This document shows, piece by piece, positions 17,346 to 26,491 of a stretch of DNA of 64,000 nt. A program made the translations under genes and the position numbers. Below the pieces are notes generated by a model. That model saw only the letters and a program-made list of their open reading frames with translations, searched no databases and was not told where the DNA came from. The first letter of the stretch is position 1; the number at the start of each line of letters is the position of its first letter. The stretch lies in the IMG/VR virus record IMGVR_UViG_3300048927_000250, positions 1 to 64,000 of that record, one strand, 5' to 3'.

Positions 17346-18051
17346 GGCGCGGCTCCCTTAGGTCGAACGAAAGTAGTGTCCCAAGGAATTTCCCGGAGAA
17401 TGTAGTGTCTTCCAGGTCGAGTGCGACATTACCGGTTTCCTGATTCAGTGACCCCTTAACGTTGAAAGGTTTTGCGTCCATATTACGGTACCGTAAAATC
17501 AACTCGCGGCGGTTTCCTTCCATAGGGAGCTGGAACCCGTTATACGGGCTATCGGAGACATCCAAGAACCGTTGACCGAGCGTCTCGACCAGCGTATCGT
17601 CCGATACCATGAACCCTTCTACTCGTGGGTTCTCGATAACGTAATCTCCGTGCGGGAGGTTCAGAATACCCAGTAAGTTGTAGGCTGCCCCAAACGTCAC
17701 AAAAGCCTTCTTCCTGGTTCCTCCGGCTAAGTCATACACCAACTTGTTTTTCTCAGTCCCAGTGACGATTTCTTCTGATGACAACAGGATTTGTTTCCCT
17801 GCCGTCACGGCTGCACGCCAGCCTTGTTCGCGAGCCTCTGCAACGATGTCGTTCAACATCTCTTCGGTGATGTCGCATTTCCGCAGGGCCTGAATGCTGT
17901 CAGCCTGCGTTTTGTTCAGCGCACGACTTACACCTTCCCGTGCAATGATGATACGCAATACGTCACTGCTACTAATCAAGTACATCGGGTCGTTCTTACT
18001 GCGTTCACCCAAGTCAGGGAAAGGGGAACCGTAGTTTACTGTCTTAGTCAT
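17335..18051 (-). CDS. Hypothetical protein
   Basis: GAGG SD before MTKTVN; long ORF with genome-typical codon use. Confidence 0.65.
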   Translation of the reverse strand: MTKTVNYGSPFPDLGERSKNDPMYLISSSDVLRIIIAREGVSRALNKTQADSIQALRKCDITEEMLNDIVAEAREQGWRAAVTAGKQILLSSEEIVTGTEKNKLVYDLAGGTRKKAFVTFGAAYNLLGILNLPHGDYVIENPRVEGFMVSDDTLVETLGQRFLDVSDSPYNGFQLPMEGNRRELILRYRNMDAKPFNVKGSLNQETGNVALDLEDTTFSGKFLGTLLSFDLREPRRDY

Positions 18052-18142
18052 TTCACAAAACCTCATTTGGATTATTAAAACCGAAAACGGAAATAATCGG
18101 TAGATGGGAGTTACTACATATAGCCTTCCGTGGCCGTAAGAA

Positions 18143-18634
18143 TTAACCCTGTGGTTGCGGGAGGTCCATCACGTTACAGCCCAACTGCTTCTGGATGTTC
18201 CAGAGGGTGTTCATGTAAACCCCCAGCCAGATTGGCCAGTCGTCGTGTTCGTAGATAGAACAGAAGTCTATCTTGAAGGTGCGCATGTTCACCCAGTGAC
18301 CGTGGGCCGCTAAAGACAACTCGCTCGCCTCCTCGGTATCAATGTCGGATGAACTGATTTCCAGGATGGTCCATTGATGCGTGTCGACAAACTGGTTTTC
18401 TGGGTTAGCGTTCCACGGCGAGATGACCACAAAGAACGACGGAATAAGCGCACTGGTCACTTTGAAATAACGCGCTGGGTTCCAGGCTTTCAATGCTTCC
18501 AGGTCGAATTGCTCACCCTCTTTAAGGTGTGGCATGACATTCCGTTCCCAGATGTATTCGTCAACGTCGATTAACGGTGCGAAGAAATCCTCGCGGGTGT
18601 ACTCCTGAATCGTTAAATCTAACTGCTTATCCAT
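18143..18634 (-). CDS. Hypothetical acidic protein
   Basis: AAGGAG SD. Confidence 0.65.
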   Translation of the reverse strand: MDKQLDLTIQEYTREDFFAPLIDVDEYIWERNVMPHLKEGEQFDLEALKAWNPARYFKVTSALIPSFFVVISPWNANPENQFVDTHQWTILEISSSDIDTEEASELSLAAHGHWVNMRTFKIDFCSIYEHDDWPIWLGVYMNTLWNIQKQLGCNVMDLPQPQG

Positions 18635-18649
18635 TACAACTCCTTGAAA

Positions 18650-18686
18650 AATAAAAGAATAAAGGAAGGGACCGAAGTCCCTTCCT
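18650..18686 (-). terminator. Rho-independent terminator (cUUCGg loop)
   Basis: AGGAAGGGAC-TTCG-GTCCCTTCCT plus T-rich tail on the - strand. Confidence 0.8.
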
Positions 18687-18689
18687 GGT

Positions 18690-19475
18690 TTAGTCGTGCT
18701 CGTAGGCGTTCAACACTTCCTGACAGAGCTCAGAGCGCACGCAGTCATCCTTCGTGAACTCTACAACCCCAATGCGGGACGTGGTACTGAAACGCTGTAA
18801 CGCGTCGGAAAGCCCACTTTGGACCCCTCTCGGTAAATCACACTGAGCCACGTCTCCGTTAACAATCACGGTCACGTTCTCACCCAGACGTGTCAGGAAC
18901 ATTTTCATCTGTGCCTTGGTTACGTTCTGGGCTTCGTCCAGGATAACTACCGCGTTCTCAAACGTGCGGCCGCGCATATACGCGAAGGGAGCAATTTCCA
19001 CCTTCTTCACATCCGGGCGCAAGCAGTACTGAAGGAAAGTACCACCAAGGCGTTTCTCCAGGATGTCTTGAACCGGGCGGAAATACGGGGCGAATTTCTC
19101 GCTGATGTCCCCAGGCAAGAAGCCCAGGTTCTCACCGGACTCTAAGACAGGGCGCGTCACGATGATGCGTTCTACCTCTTTATCCAGCAATGCTTTGGCC
19201 GCGTGCGCAGTTGACAGGAATGTTTTACCACAACCGGCTTCACCCGTTGCAAAGATTAATTGCTTCGTGTTCAGCTGCTCGAGGTAAAGTACCTGGTTTT
19301 CATTGCGCGCTTCGATGGGTGTATTGTCCCGTTTCACTTTGGGTGTCAGGTCGTCTGACACTTCAGTACCGGGAAATTGAACTACGGTATCATCACCGTA
19401 GCCTGAGTTAGCTCGTGCTCCCTTTCCGCGTTTGGACTTACGAGAACCGCGTTCAGCCTGTCTAGCTCTACTCAT
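18690..19475 (-). CDS. phoH: PhoH-family ATPase
   Basis: Walker A GEAGCGKT, TRP, LGFLPG, PFAYMRGRTF, ILDEAQN, GDxxQxDL. Confidence 0.95.
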   Translation of the reverse strand: MSRARQAERGSRKSKRGKGARANSGYGDDTVVQFPGTEVSDDLTPKVKRDNTPIEARNENQVLYLEQLNTKQLIFATGEAGCGKTFLSTAHAAKALLDKEVERIIVTRPVLESGENLGFLPGDISEKFAPYFRPVQDILEKRLGGTFLQYCLRPDVKKVEIAPFAYMRGRTFENAVVILDEAQNVTKAQMKMFLTRLGENVTVIVNGDVAQCDLPRGVQSGLSDALQRFSTTSRIGVVEFTKDDCVRSELCQEVLNAYEHD

Positions 19476-19509
19476 GGGTTACACCTTTTCATGAGAACCG
19501 GGGAAGAGG

Positions 19510-19803
19510 TTATGGGACCTTAACGCTGTGTGGTTGCGCCAGGTCCTTATTACAATCCCCGAGGGTTTGCAGTGGAATGAGACCGCCCTGTGATGAGGAA
19601 AGGTATTGGCATCCAGTTACCATGTCCATCACCAACGTGAAACGGTCATCAGAAGTTTCCTTGACGATAAAGCGTCGTTCTGAAAGGGGTGGTCGGACAA
19701 AGTCGTGTATCGACCCGTAGATGAATTCCGTACACAACCCAAGTAGGAATGCCAGGAACACGGCGACAGGATACCGCCGGATAAAATTATACATCAATGC
19801 CAT
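19510..19803 (-). CDS. Membrane-anchored DUF6440-like protein
   Basis: N-terminal TM segment, then VxDxxTGCQYL....GGLxPL. Confidence 0.55.
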   Translation of the reverse strand: MALMYNFIRRYPVAVFLAFLLGLCTEFIYGSIHDFVRPPLSERRFIVKETSDDRFTLVMDMVTGCQYLSSSQGGLIPLQTLGDCNKDLAQPHSVKVP

Positions 19804-20134
19804 CCTCAGCTAAGTGGAAGTTCTTTAAGAACAACGATTCTTCTAATACCCAGATTTCACCAGCCGGACGGTCGTGTGTCGGCGTGGTGTTGGTAAAGAT
19901 AACCATGGGTAGCGAACAGTCCTGCGCATGTTTCCCTACTGCGAGCACTTTAAATGGCAATCCTGAAGGTGACCTTACTTCAAGTCCTGGAACGACCTCA
20001 CGGAGAAGAGTCTCCCCGTATCGTGCCAGACGTAAACGGTCAACAACGTCAAAGCGATTGACAGAGCAAATATGATGGCCAAGTTCATGAGACTGCTTGG
20101 CATCGGGTTCTTGCGGTATTTTCGAAAATCCCAC
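19787..20134 (-). CDS. DUF1653-like protein
   Basis: G..FKVLAVGKH.....MVIF.......IWV.....FLKNF; start codon uncertain. Confidence 0.45.
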   Translation of the reverse strand: MGFSKIPQEPDAKQSHELGHHICSVNRFDVVDRLRLARYGETLLREVVPGLEVRSPSGLPFKVLAVGKHAQDCSLPMVIFTNTTPTHDRPAGEIWVLEESLFLKNFHLAEDGIDV

Positions 20135-20181
20135 AGGAGTCCTCCAAATGTAAACCAAGCAATCAACGTTAAGTAGCCCAC
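19975..20181 (-). CDS. Small 2-TM membrane protein
   Basis: AAGGAGG SD before GTG 20181; two hydrophobic segments; overlaps the neighbouring ORF. Confidence 0.45.
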   Translation of the reverse strand: MGYLTLIAWFTFGGLLWDFRKYRKNPMPSSLMNLAIIFALSIALTLLTVYVWHDTGRLFSVRSFQDLK

Positions 20182-20222
20182 CTCTAACCTCCTTCGGTAC
20201 TTATTGCTCACACTAAGTGTAG

Positions 20223-20498
20223 TTAGAAGAGGACGATTACAGTAAGGATGACGCCCCAGTGCCAGCACCACCAACAGGCATCGGCTCTCGCCAATGACCG
20301 CTTAGGTGAATCCAACATGCAAATAAAACCAAACCCAATCAAGCCCGCCGACAACCCCGCCAGAATGTACATGCACTCTGACGTAGGGTGAAGCCAGTCG
20401 AGCAGCTGTTGCGAGAGTACCCAAGTACAAACCAGACCAAACAGGGTCTGGCGGATTGGACGAAACTCGCGCCAGAATTCATCTGTGCTGTACGACAT
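20223..20498 (-). CDS. Small multi-TM membrane protein
   Basis: GGAG SD; three hydrophobic stretches. Confidence 0.55.
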   Translation of the reverse strand: MSYSTDEFWREFRPIRQTLFGLVCTWVLSQQLLDWLHPTSECMYILAGLSAGLIGFGFICMLDSPKRSLARADACWWCWHWGVILTVIVLF

Positions 20499-20511
20499 CG
20501 CCCAATCTCCT

Positions 20512-21387
20512 TTAGTAAAGGTCTTCTGAGTACAAAGACGCTTCACGGGAACCGGTCTTCTCACGCCCTTCGAGCTGACCCGCAATCTTTGCAATCAGGT
20601 AAGCCTGTTCGCGATTGTGGTAGTCCCCGAATTGGTCGATGAACCCTTGGTCTTCGCCGATGGCGTGGTCGTTCTCCAGCAATTCACCTTTGCGTAGCGC
20701 ATTGAACAACGCGTGTGCATCCGGTGTACCGTGACGGGCACAAGGGACGGTTAGCTTGGTACCATCCTTCATCGTCGCACGGAACGCTGCTGCAACAATG
20801 GTACGCTGCACCACCACCCCATTCTCTTCCCACACCTTCCAGCATTCCGGCGGCAGTTCCCAATACGCCCGACCTTTATCACTGTAGATGTTGGTAGCCT
20901 GTTCACACTCACCGTGGAAATGGAAACGGAAGGTCACCACTTCAGTGGGCTGGAACAGGAGGAAATCTTTAAACACCTGAGCACTACCGATTAACCACGG
21001 CGTCAGAATGAACGACCCTGATTTCATGCTGCGCAGAACATCAGCCATTGGACCTGTGATGTGCAGGCGACCGTGGACACGAATGCGTCCTTCTGGCGTG
21101 TGTTCGATTTCGTGCAGGCGGACGGTAGCCCCGATGAACTGCCCTTCGAAACGATTAGGTTCCTTGATGTCCGGGGTAGTGAACGGTGGCATCTCCACGT
21201 AGAACGGCCCACGACGGTTTGCGTGTTTACGCAGTGCCAGTAAGAGATTGTTTTCACAATACTTCTTACCGTCCTTGTCAATGTCGTTCGGTGCCCAGTC
21301 CAGTAAGAGCACCTTGAAACCACCCGCGGTGGATTCTAACGGCAGTGTATTCACTGCCCCCAAGATAAAGTCTTTATTGTCTTTCAT
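20512..21387 (-). CDS. Two-domain hypothetical protein with a common phage C-terminal domain
   Basis: IVAAA...RH...QGFxDQxG.Y..R..A..IA..AGQ...LYSEDLY, a motif I recognise from many phage proteins of unknown function. Confidence 0.65.
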   Translation of the reverse strand: MKDNKDFILGAVNTLPLESTAGGFKVLLLDWAPNDIDKDGKKYCENNLLLALRKHANRRGPFYVEMPPFTTPDIKEPNRFEGQFIGATVRLHEIEHTPEGRIRVHGRLHITGPMADVLRSMKSGSFILTPWLIGSAQVFKDFLLFQPTEVVTFRFHFHGECEQATNIYSDKGRAYWELPPECWKVWEENGVVVQRTIVAAAFRATMKDGTKLTVPCARHGTPDAHALFNALRKGELLENDHAIGEDQGFIDQFGDYHNREQAYLIAKIAGQLEGREKTGSREASLYSEDLY

Positions 21388-21432
21388 TGTAAATCCTTGT
21401 TAAAGGTGGGTGAAGGTTATTGCTTCACCCGG

Positions 21433-21440
21433 GTAATATA
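21433..21440 (-). promoter_or_regulatory. phiKZ-type early promoter TATATTAC
   Basis: Exact TATATTAC about 46 nt upstream of the 21387 start. Confidence 0.65.
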
Positions 21441-21444
21441 GACT

Positions 21445-21903
21445 TTAGTCGGAGTTGATGGTGCCTGGTGCCCAGTACTGAAGGTGATACTCCAGTGACG
21501 CGATAGGAACCATGAAGTGGTCACGGAGCGCCACCAGTCGAGGATGAGTCACGTCTGTCCCCATCACACGGTCACGCATGACCGCCCAGCGCTCCATACA
21601 TTCCAGGAACGTCGATTCACCTTTAATCACATCGACGACTTCAGGGACACGGATTTCATCAACCCGTACACCCCGGTCGTCGTAAAGTGAAACACCCACA
21701 CCGACAGGATGCACCGGTGACATGAAGTTCCACATGTACTTCTCTTCGACGTTCTTCATCGGTTCGACGCACATCGAGTAGAAGTTACCCCAACCAGCCG
21801 GAGAGACGCCCTTGTTACGGATGCCCTCTAGCACGGTGGCCAGTTGGTAAATTGCGTAGCCAGCTTCGTACGCATCGAGAGAATGGTCACGTTGGTTCAT
21901 CAT
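21445..21903 (-). CDS. Hypothetical protein
   Basis: GGAGG SD, ATGA-coupled to the upstream gene. Confidence 0.65.
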   Translation of the reverse strand: MMNQRDHSLDAYEAGYAIYQLATVLEGIRNKGVSPAGWGNFYSMCVEPMKNVEEKYMWNFMSPVHPVGVGVSLYDDRGVRVDEIRVPEVVDVIKGESTFLECMERWAVMRDRVMGTDVTHPRLVALRDHFMVPIASLEYHLQYWAPGTINSD

Positions 21904-22211
21904 GCCTCCAGTAAAGTGAATCGTTCGATGAAGTATTCAATCGGCTTCGACCAAATCTCCAACGGTTTGCCTTCCGGGTGGTAAACGACCTGTACGTCCC
22001 AGCCCGGTTTCGTGGCACGTAAGTTGGTCAGGAGATGAAGGACGTAAGTTCCACCGGTATCTTTACGATAGCGTCGTCCAACTTTGAGCCCACGCATCCT
22101 TTCTTCAATCGGGTCCACACGTTTCTCCTTCTTCTGACCTGGGTTCTTTTGCTCTTCCATGATTTCACGGATTAATGCATCCTGTTCCTCGCGGCTAAGT
22201 TCTCTACCCAT
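21900..22211 (-). CDS. DUF1653-like protein
   Basis: GRRYRKxxGGTYV......QVVY......IWSKPxxxFxERF. Confidence 0.6.
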   Translation of the reverse strand: MGRELSREEQDALIREIMEEQKNPGQKKEKRVDPIEERMRGLKVGRRYRKDTGGTYVLHLLTNLRATKPGWDVQVVYHPEGKPLEIWSKPIEYFIERFTLLEA

Positions 22212-22230
22212 TTTGGTTACTCGACGTTAG

Positions 22231-22668
22231 TTATTTCCCACTACCCAAAGTCTGGATATTTCGGGTCGATTCCATGATGGGGAGGTTACCTTCAGTCGGA
22301 ACGTAGATGACCTGGTTCTTAGTCTGCTGTAGACCGTCAACCCACAGGTAACGCAGATAGGCTTCGTTGTTCTTCAGACTGTTACCGATAATCTTGTTGG
22401 CTTCAGCCACCCCACCGGCTCGGATGATTTCTGCCTGCGCTAAGGCCGCCGCAGAATCTTTCTTCGCCTCAGCTTCCTGTACGGAAATCTGACGGTCCTG
22501 TGTTGCTTTCATCAGTGCAGCTTTACCTGCCATCCCTTGTTCCCAGACATTGTAGTAAGGGCAACCGGCCATGGAAAGGACGATGAAAGCCACAACGCCA
22601 ATAGCAGTACGCTTAGCGTTCTTCTTCACAAACGCCACAATAAAGTTTTCTTCGCCGTAACGAGACAT
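22231..22668 (-). CDS. SPFH/band-7-like membrane protein (C-terminal coiled-coil part)
   Basis: TM segment, AEAKK..A...A.AE..RA.GVAEAN..I..SL....YL.YLW..GL and IYVPTE..LPIxE. Confidence 0.7.
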   Translation of the reverse strand: MSRYGEENFIVAFVKKNAKRTAIGVVAFIVLSMAGCPYYNVWEQGMAGKAALMKATQDRQISVQEAEAKKDSAAALAQAEIIRAGGVAEANKIIGNSLKNNEAYLRYLWVDGLQQTKNQVIYVPTEGNLPIMESTRNIQTLGSGK

Positions 22669-22686
22669 GTTTCTTTTCCTTGTTAG

Positions 22687-23793
22687 TTATTTGGACACTG
22701 GGTAAGGGATGTGGGCGTGCGATTCGTAGCCTTCCAGAATGAAGTCTTCGAATTTGAAGAACGCCGGGTCAGTCACGTCGCGACCTTTGGTGTCGATACG
22801 CAACGTCGGTAACTTCATTGGGGTACGGCTCAGCTGGGTTTTGGTCAGCTCCATCTGGTTAGCGTAGATGTGCGCATCACCCAGCGAGTGTACGAAGTCA
22901 CCTGGAATCATGTTCAGAATGTGCGAGAACATGTGAATCAACAGCGCGTAGCCCGCAATGTTAAACGGTACGCCCAGCGGAATGTCCGCGCTGCGCTGAT
23001 ACAACTGGCAACTGAGACGGTACTTCGGCACTTTCGCTTCGTCCAGTTCTTTGATGAACTGCGCTTCATGACGCAGAACGTGCTGTGACAGGTAGTGACG
23101 GTCCACGTACGTCAGACGCTCCCAGGTGGTCAGCTCATCGGCGTAGAACTGGAAGAAGGCATGACACGGTGCCAGTGCCATACGGCCCTCCATGACGTTC
23201 TCCTCAACGCTGTGGTCTTCCCAGGGTAATGACTCCGGGTTCCACGTTGAGATGCACATACGGCGGCTCATGGGGTCTTTGCGCAATGAGGCCAGTACTG
23301 TTTTCACCTGGTCAATCGGACCGAATGCCGCTGGCCAGGCACGCATCTGTTTACCGTACATCGGACCGATTTCACCTTCCTGGATGTACATGTAGTCATT
23401 GACGTCCAGCTCGGCTTTTGTGAACCAATCCAGGATGTCATTCCACGACCAGTCATCAAATCCCGGCGGACAAGTGATGGATGTCCCCATCTGCGCCGCC
23501 ACCCAGTTGATATTCTCCCCAACTTCGACCATCTCTTTCGTGGCCGCCCATTCGTTCCAGATAGTGACCCCTTCTTTGGTCAACTCTCGGTTGTCCGTGG
23601 AACCCTGCATGAACCAGAGCATCTCGTGAATGATGCTACGCAAGTGAACTTTCTTGGTGGTGACTAGCGGAAACCCGTCCGCGAGGTTAAAACGCATTTG
23701 GTGACCAAAGATGCCATACGTTCCGCCGTTACGGCCTTCACGATAACGCCCTTCCTTTACTGTTTTCGCCATCAAATCTAAATACTGTTGCAT
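22687..23793 (-). CDS. thyA: Thymidylate synthase with two insertions
   Basis: GFPLVTTKKVH, LAPCH, LYQRSAD..LGVPFN, GDAHIY. Start MQQYLDL chosen from a GGGA SD; the ORF extends to 23853. Confidence 0.97.
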   Translation of the reverse strand: MQQYLDLMAKTVKEGRYREGRNGGTYGIFGHQMRFNLADGFPLVTTKKVHLRSIIHEMLWFMQGSTDNRELTKEGVTIWNEWAATKEMVEVGENINWVAAQMGTSITCPPGFDDWSWNDILDWFTKAELDVNDYMYIQEGEIGPMYGKQMRAWPAAFGPIDQVKTVLASLRKDPMSRRMCISTWNPESLPWEDHSVEENVMEGRMALAPCHAFFQFYADELTTWERLTYVDRHYLSQHVLRHEAQFIKELDEAKVPKYRLSCQLYQRSADIPLGVPFNIAGYALLIHMFSHILNMIPGDFVHSLGDAHIYANQMELTKTQLSRTPMKLPTLRIDTKGRDVTDPAFFKFEDFILEGYESHAHIPYPVSK

Positions 23794-23901
23794 GTGCAAG
23801 TGTCCCGTCTGTGTGTAAAAGAAATTTCTCATAAGGCAACCTGATGTCGTCAAAAAAGAACGTGTTTCACTAATTCCTTACCCACTGATTAGAATGATAA
23901 A

Positions 23902-23910
23902 CACTGTATG
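23902..23910 (+). promoter_or_regulatory. Candidate late promoter CACTGTATG
   Basis: TATG core (phiKZ late consensus); the same 9-mer lies upstream of 38317..39012. Confidence 0.45.
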
Positions 23911-24000
23911 CAGGTGGTGTTTTTGCGACTCTAGCGACCACTGGACCTGAAACCCACCTGGGTTTATTGTCCTAAAAACCGTCGATTAGGAGTTTCGCCC

Positions 24001-25905
24001 ATGAGTACCTTACAAACCACTGCGCAGCAAACCCCACTTCAACAGCTCCAGGAATTAGTAGACTCCGGGAACAAATTGATAATGCTGCAAAATGGTTCAC
24101 CAGTTGAATTCCCCCTGAGCCTTTTGACCCAGGTAATGGGGGATGCGGTGACACTGGAGAAGTTGTCAGCAGTCGACAGCACTGCCATGTTTGGGAGTGT
24201 GCAGTCCTTTGCTGACTTACGTAAACTCAAACCGACAGCAAACAATGTCCGGGTTAACCTGCGTGGTTGGAACAACGGTTCCGACCTCGGGGGTGGTCAG
24301 TTCATTGGGCGTATCGGTGTGGCGAAAGCGAGCATGAAGAAGGACGATGGCGGCGTGATTGCCACGTCTGGTACCGACTGGTATTGGGAGCGTGCTATCG
24401 GGGACATCAACACGCTGGACGTGACGCACTTCGGTGCGGTAGCTGACGGCGTGACAGACAGCCTCCCGGCGGTACTGGCGATGTTTAAGTGGTCACAGGC
24501 GAGTGGCGGGTTCCAGGCAATTCAATTCCCGGCAGGGAAGTTCTTCCTGTCGCAGTTTGAATACCTGACTGAGATTGCCCGCTTCCGTCTGAACGGCACT
24601 GCAACCAATCACTTCGGTTACTTCAATGCAACTACCCTGACGTCGGACTCGAACGAGAACGTCCTGTTCAGTCTGAACGCACGTTGGGTCGAGATTTCCG
24701 GATTTGTCTTTGAAGGTCGCACGGACATTGACGGGAACAAGAAAGGGTTCTACAAAAACATCATTGCCGGGGGACAGTACACCCGTATCAGCATGATGCG
24801 TTGGTCCAAGGTGGGCGGGACTTGCGTGGATATGCTGGATACCCTTGACTCGAAGATTGACCAGTGGTACGCCAGTGGTTGTACCGGCGATGTCATCAAA
24901 GGGTATTGGTCGGGGCGTGCTGCGGGCGTATGGGACCACATGACGGCGGTGGAGCTGAGTAACTTTAACGTCCAGAACTGTCGGGGCGGGAAGGTACTGA
25001 ACTTGCCGCGTTGCACGCAATCCTTCATCTGGAACGGTTGGATTGAGCACAGTGACAACCCAGGTGACCTGTCAAACGGCCAGTGGATTATCAACGGACT
25101 GAACATCGAAGACTGTAAAATGTCTCCGTTGAAACTGACCTTTGCACGCATCATCAATTTCCAGCTGGGTCTGCAATCCGGTTCGAGCGTCTCTTACGAC
25201 GTACAGGACGGGGACGTGGAATGGCTGAGTCAGTGGGAACGTGGCCATGTCGACATTGACAACCACGGCATCTACATTGACGGGACAATTGACGCTGCGA
25301 TTGTAGGGTCGCGCAACAAACTCAGTAACTCTTCTGACAAAGCGAAATGGTTCTGTCTGGGCCGGTTCTTCACGCCTTCTGAAGGGGACCAAATCGACAT
25401 CAACATGGTGGGGACCGGTAACTTCTTGTCTATCTCATCTACCATGACAGATATCGACGACACCCGTCAAGGTGGAGGTAACACCCTGATTCGCTACCAG
25501 GCGAAGAAAGGGGCGGCAGGGTTGTCGTTAATGCCGATGGGCTCAAGTCCAATCAAGGCGGTAGCGTACACCTCAACCAGCGCAGGGAACATCACGCTTT
25601 ACGTGCAGTTGAAGCCGTACACCCGTAACGTGATTCCTATCATCACGGCGACCGGGTTAACGCACTTCGAAGCCGGGGTAAGTGTATACTGGCGTCCAGA
25701 CCGTAAAGCCCTGACCGATGAGGAGATGGCGGCAATTGCCGACGTTAAGCCTGTAGTCGAGCAGTGGTCGATTGGTCAGCTCGCGGGTATCGGTGCCACG
25801 CAGGAGGGATACCTGTTAGTGAAGTCTAAAGTGGAGAACGGACATCTTGCAGTCAAGGTCGGCAACAAGATTCAGTACATCCAACTGAAGGCGTCACCGC
25901 AGTAA
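24001..25905 (+). CDS. Tailspike-like beta-helix EPS depolymerase, AmsF/WceF-like
   Basis: GGGxF...DDGG..W.R domain, FGAxxDGxTD..A pectate-lyase-3 start, and WDHxTAVELSNFNVQ / NGWIEH segments that I associate with Erwinia/Pantoea AmsF/WceF. Confidence 0.7.
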   Translation: MSTLQTTAQQTPLQQLQELVDSGNKLIMLQNGSPVEFPLSLLTQVMGDAVTLEKLSAVDSTAMFGSVQSFADLRKLKPTANNVRVNLRGWNNGSDLGGGQFIGRIGVAKASMKKDDGGVIATSGTDWYWERAIGDINTLDVTHFGAVADGVTDSLPAVLAMFKWSQASGGFQAIQFPAGKFFLSQFEYLTEIARFRLNGTATNHFGYFNATTLTSDSNENVLFSLNARWVEISGFVFEGRTDIDGNKKGFYKNIIAGGQYTRISMMRWSKVGGTCVDMLDTLDSKIDQWYASGCTGDVIKGYWSGRAAGVWDHMTAVELSNFNVQNCRGGKVLNLPRCTQSFIWNGWIEHSDNPGDLSNGQWIINGLNIEDCKMSPLKLTFARIINFQLGLQSGSSVSYDVQDGDVEWLSQWERGHVDIDNHGIYIDGTIDAAIVGSRNKLSNSSDKAKWFCLGRFFTPSEGDQIDINMVGTGNFLSISSTMTDIDDTRQGGGNTLIRYQAKKGAAGLSLMPMGSSPIKAVAYTSTSAGNITLYVQLKPYTRNVIPIITATGLTHFEAGVSVYWRPDRKALTDEEMAAIADVKPVVEQWSIGQLAGIGATQEGYLLVKSKVENGHLAVKVGNKIQYIQLKASPQ

Positions 25906-25909
25906 GAGC

Positions 25910-25945
25910 AAAAAAAAAAGAAGGGGCACTGTGCCCCTTCTTTTA
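25910..25945. terminator. Bidirectional terminator
   Basis: A run, AAGAAGGGGCAC-TGT-GCCCCTTCTT, T run. Confidence 0.8.
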
Positions 25946-26491
25946 TTCTTTCTTTCCCCCTTCTTTTTCTTTCTCTGGACGTGGACACGCCTTGTTAGAA
26001 AGCGGAATGGGATTCGGATACTTTTCGTTTAGCATCTTACAGAGGTGGGTAGTTGAGAGGGTCACGTATGTCCCGGCAATCATTATCTGGGTTTGTTCCA
26101 CACGCCGCACAACCTCGTCAGTAGTTCCGCCCATAACGAGCGATGCCTGCACCGCTTCCTCCACCGCGTAACGGTATGCTCGCACATGAGTACCCCCTTT
26201 CCCGTACAAGACCCGACGCCGGAAAAACCCTTTCTCCGTAACGAAGAAATCATACAGTTTCCCGTCATGGGTCAGTATAGCACCCAACGGTCCGTCCGCT
26301 AACGTTACCCACGGCCACTCCCCAGTTTCAAGGTAGTCGTGCAACGCAAACCCATCCACCGTCAAAGGGATAACAAAGCCCCATGGAGTGAAGAAACTTT
26401 CCAGCGGTGGGTTCAGGTTCAGCTCATTGGGCTGCTGTACCTTGACCGCAAAAGTAATGTCTTCATCGCGAACCAAGTAGAAGTTACGCAT
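25943..26491 (-). CDS. Hypothetical protein, possible degenerate Ntn-fold paralog
   Basis: C-terminal A.A....G....V..V.....GT.V pattern parallels the upstream Ntn protein. Confidence 0.55.
   Translation of the reverse strand: MRNFYLVRDEDITFAVKVQQPNELNLNPPLESFFTPWGFVIPLTVDGFALHDYLETGEWPWVTLADGPLGAILTHDGKLYDFFVTEKGFFRRRVLYGKGGTHVRAYRYAVEEAVQASLVMGGTTDEVVRRVEQTQIMIAGTYVTLSTTHLCKMLNEKYPNPIPLSNKACPRPEKEKEGGKKE

Noticed and set aside
23400-23545. Insertion in thyA as a possible intron or intein
   Set aside because: In frame, only about 50 aa, with no intein Cys/His-Asn ends or group I elements; resembles ordinary ThyA loop insertions.
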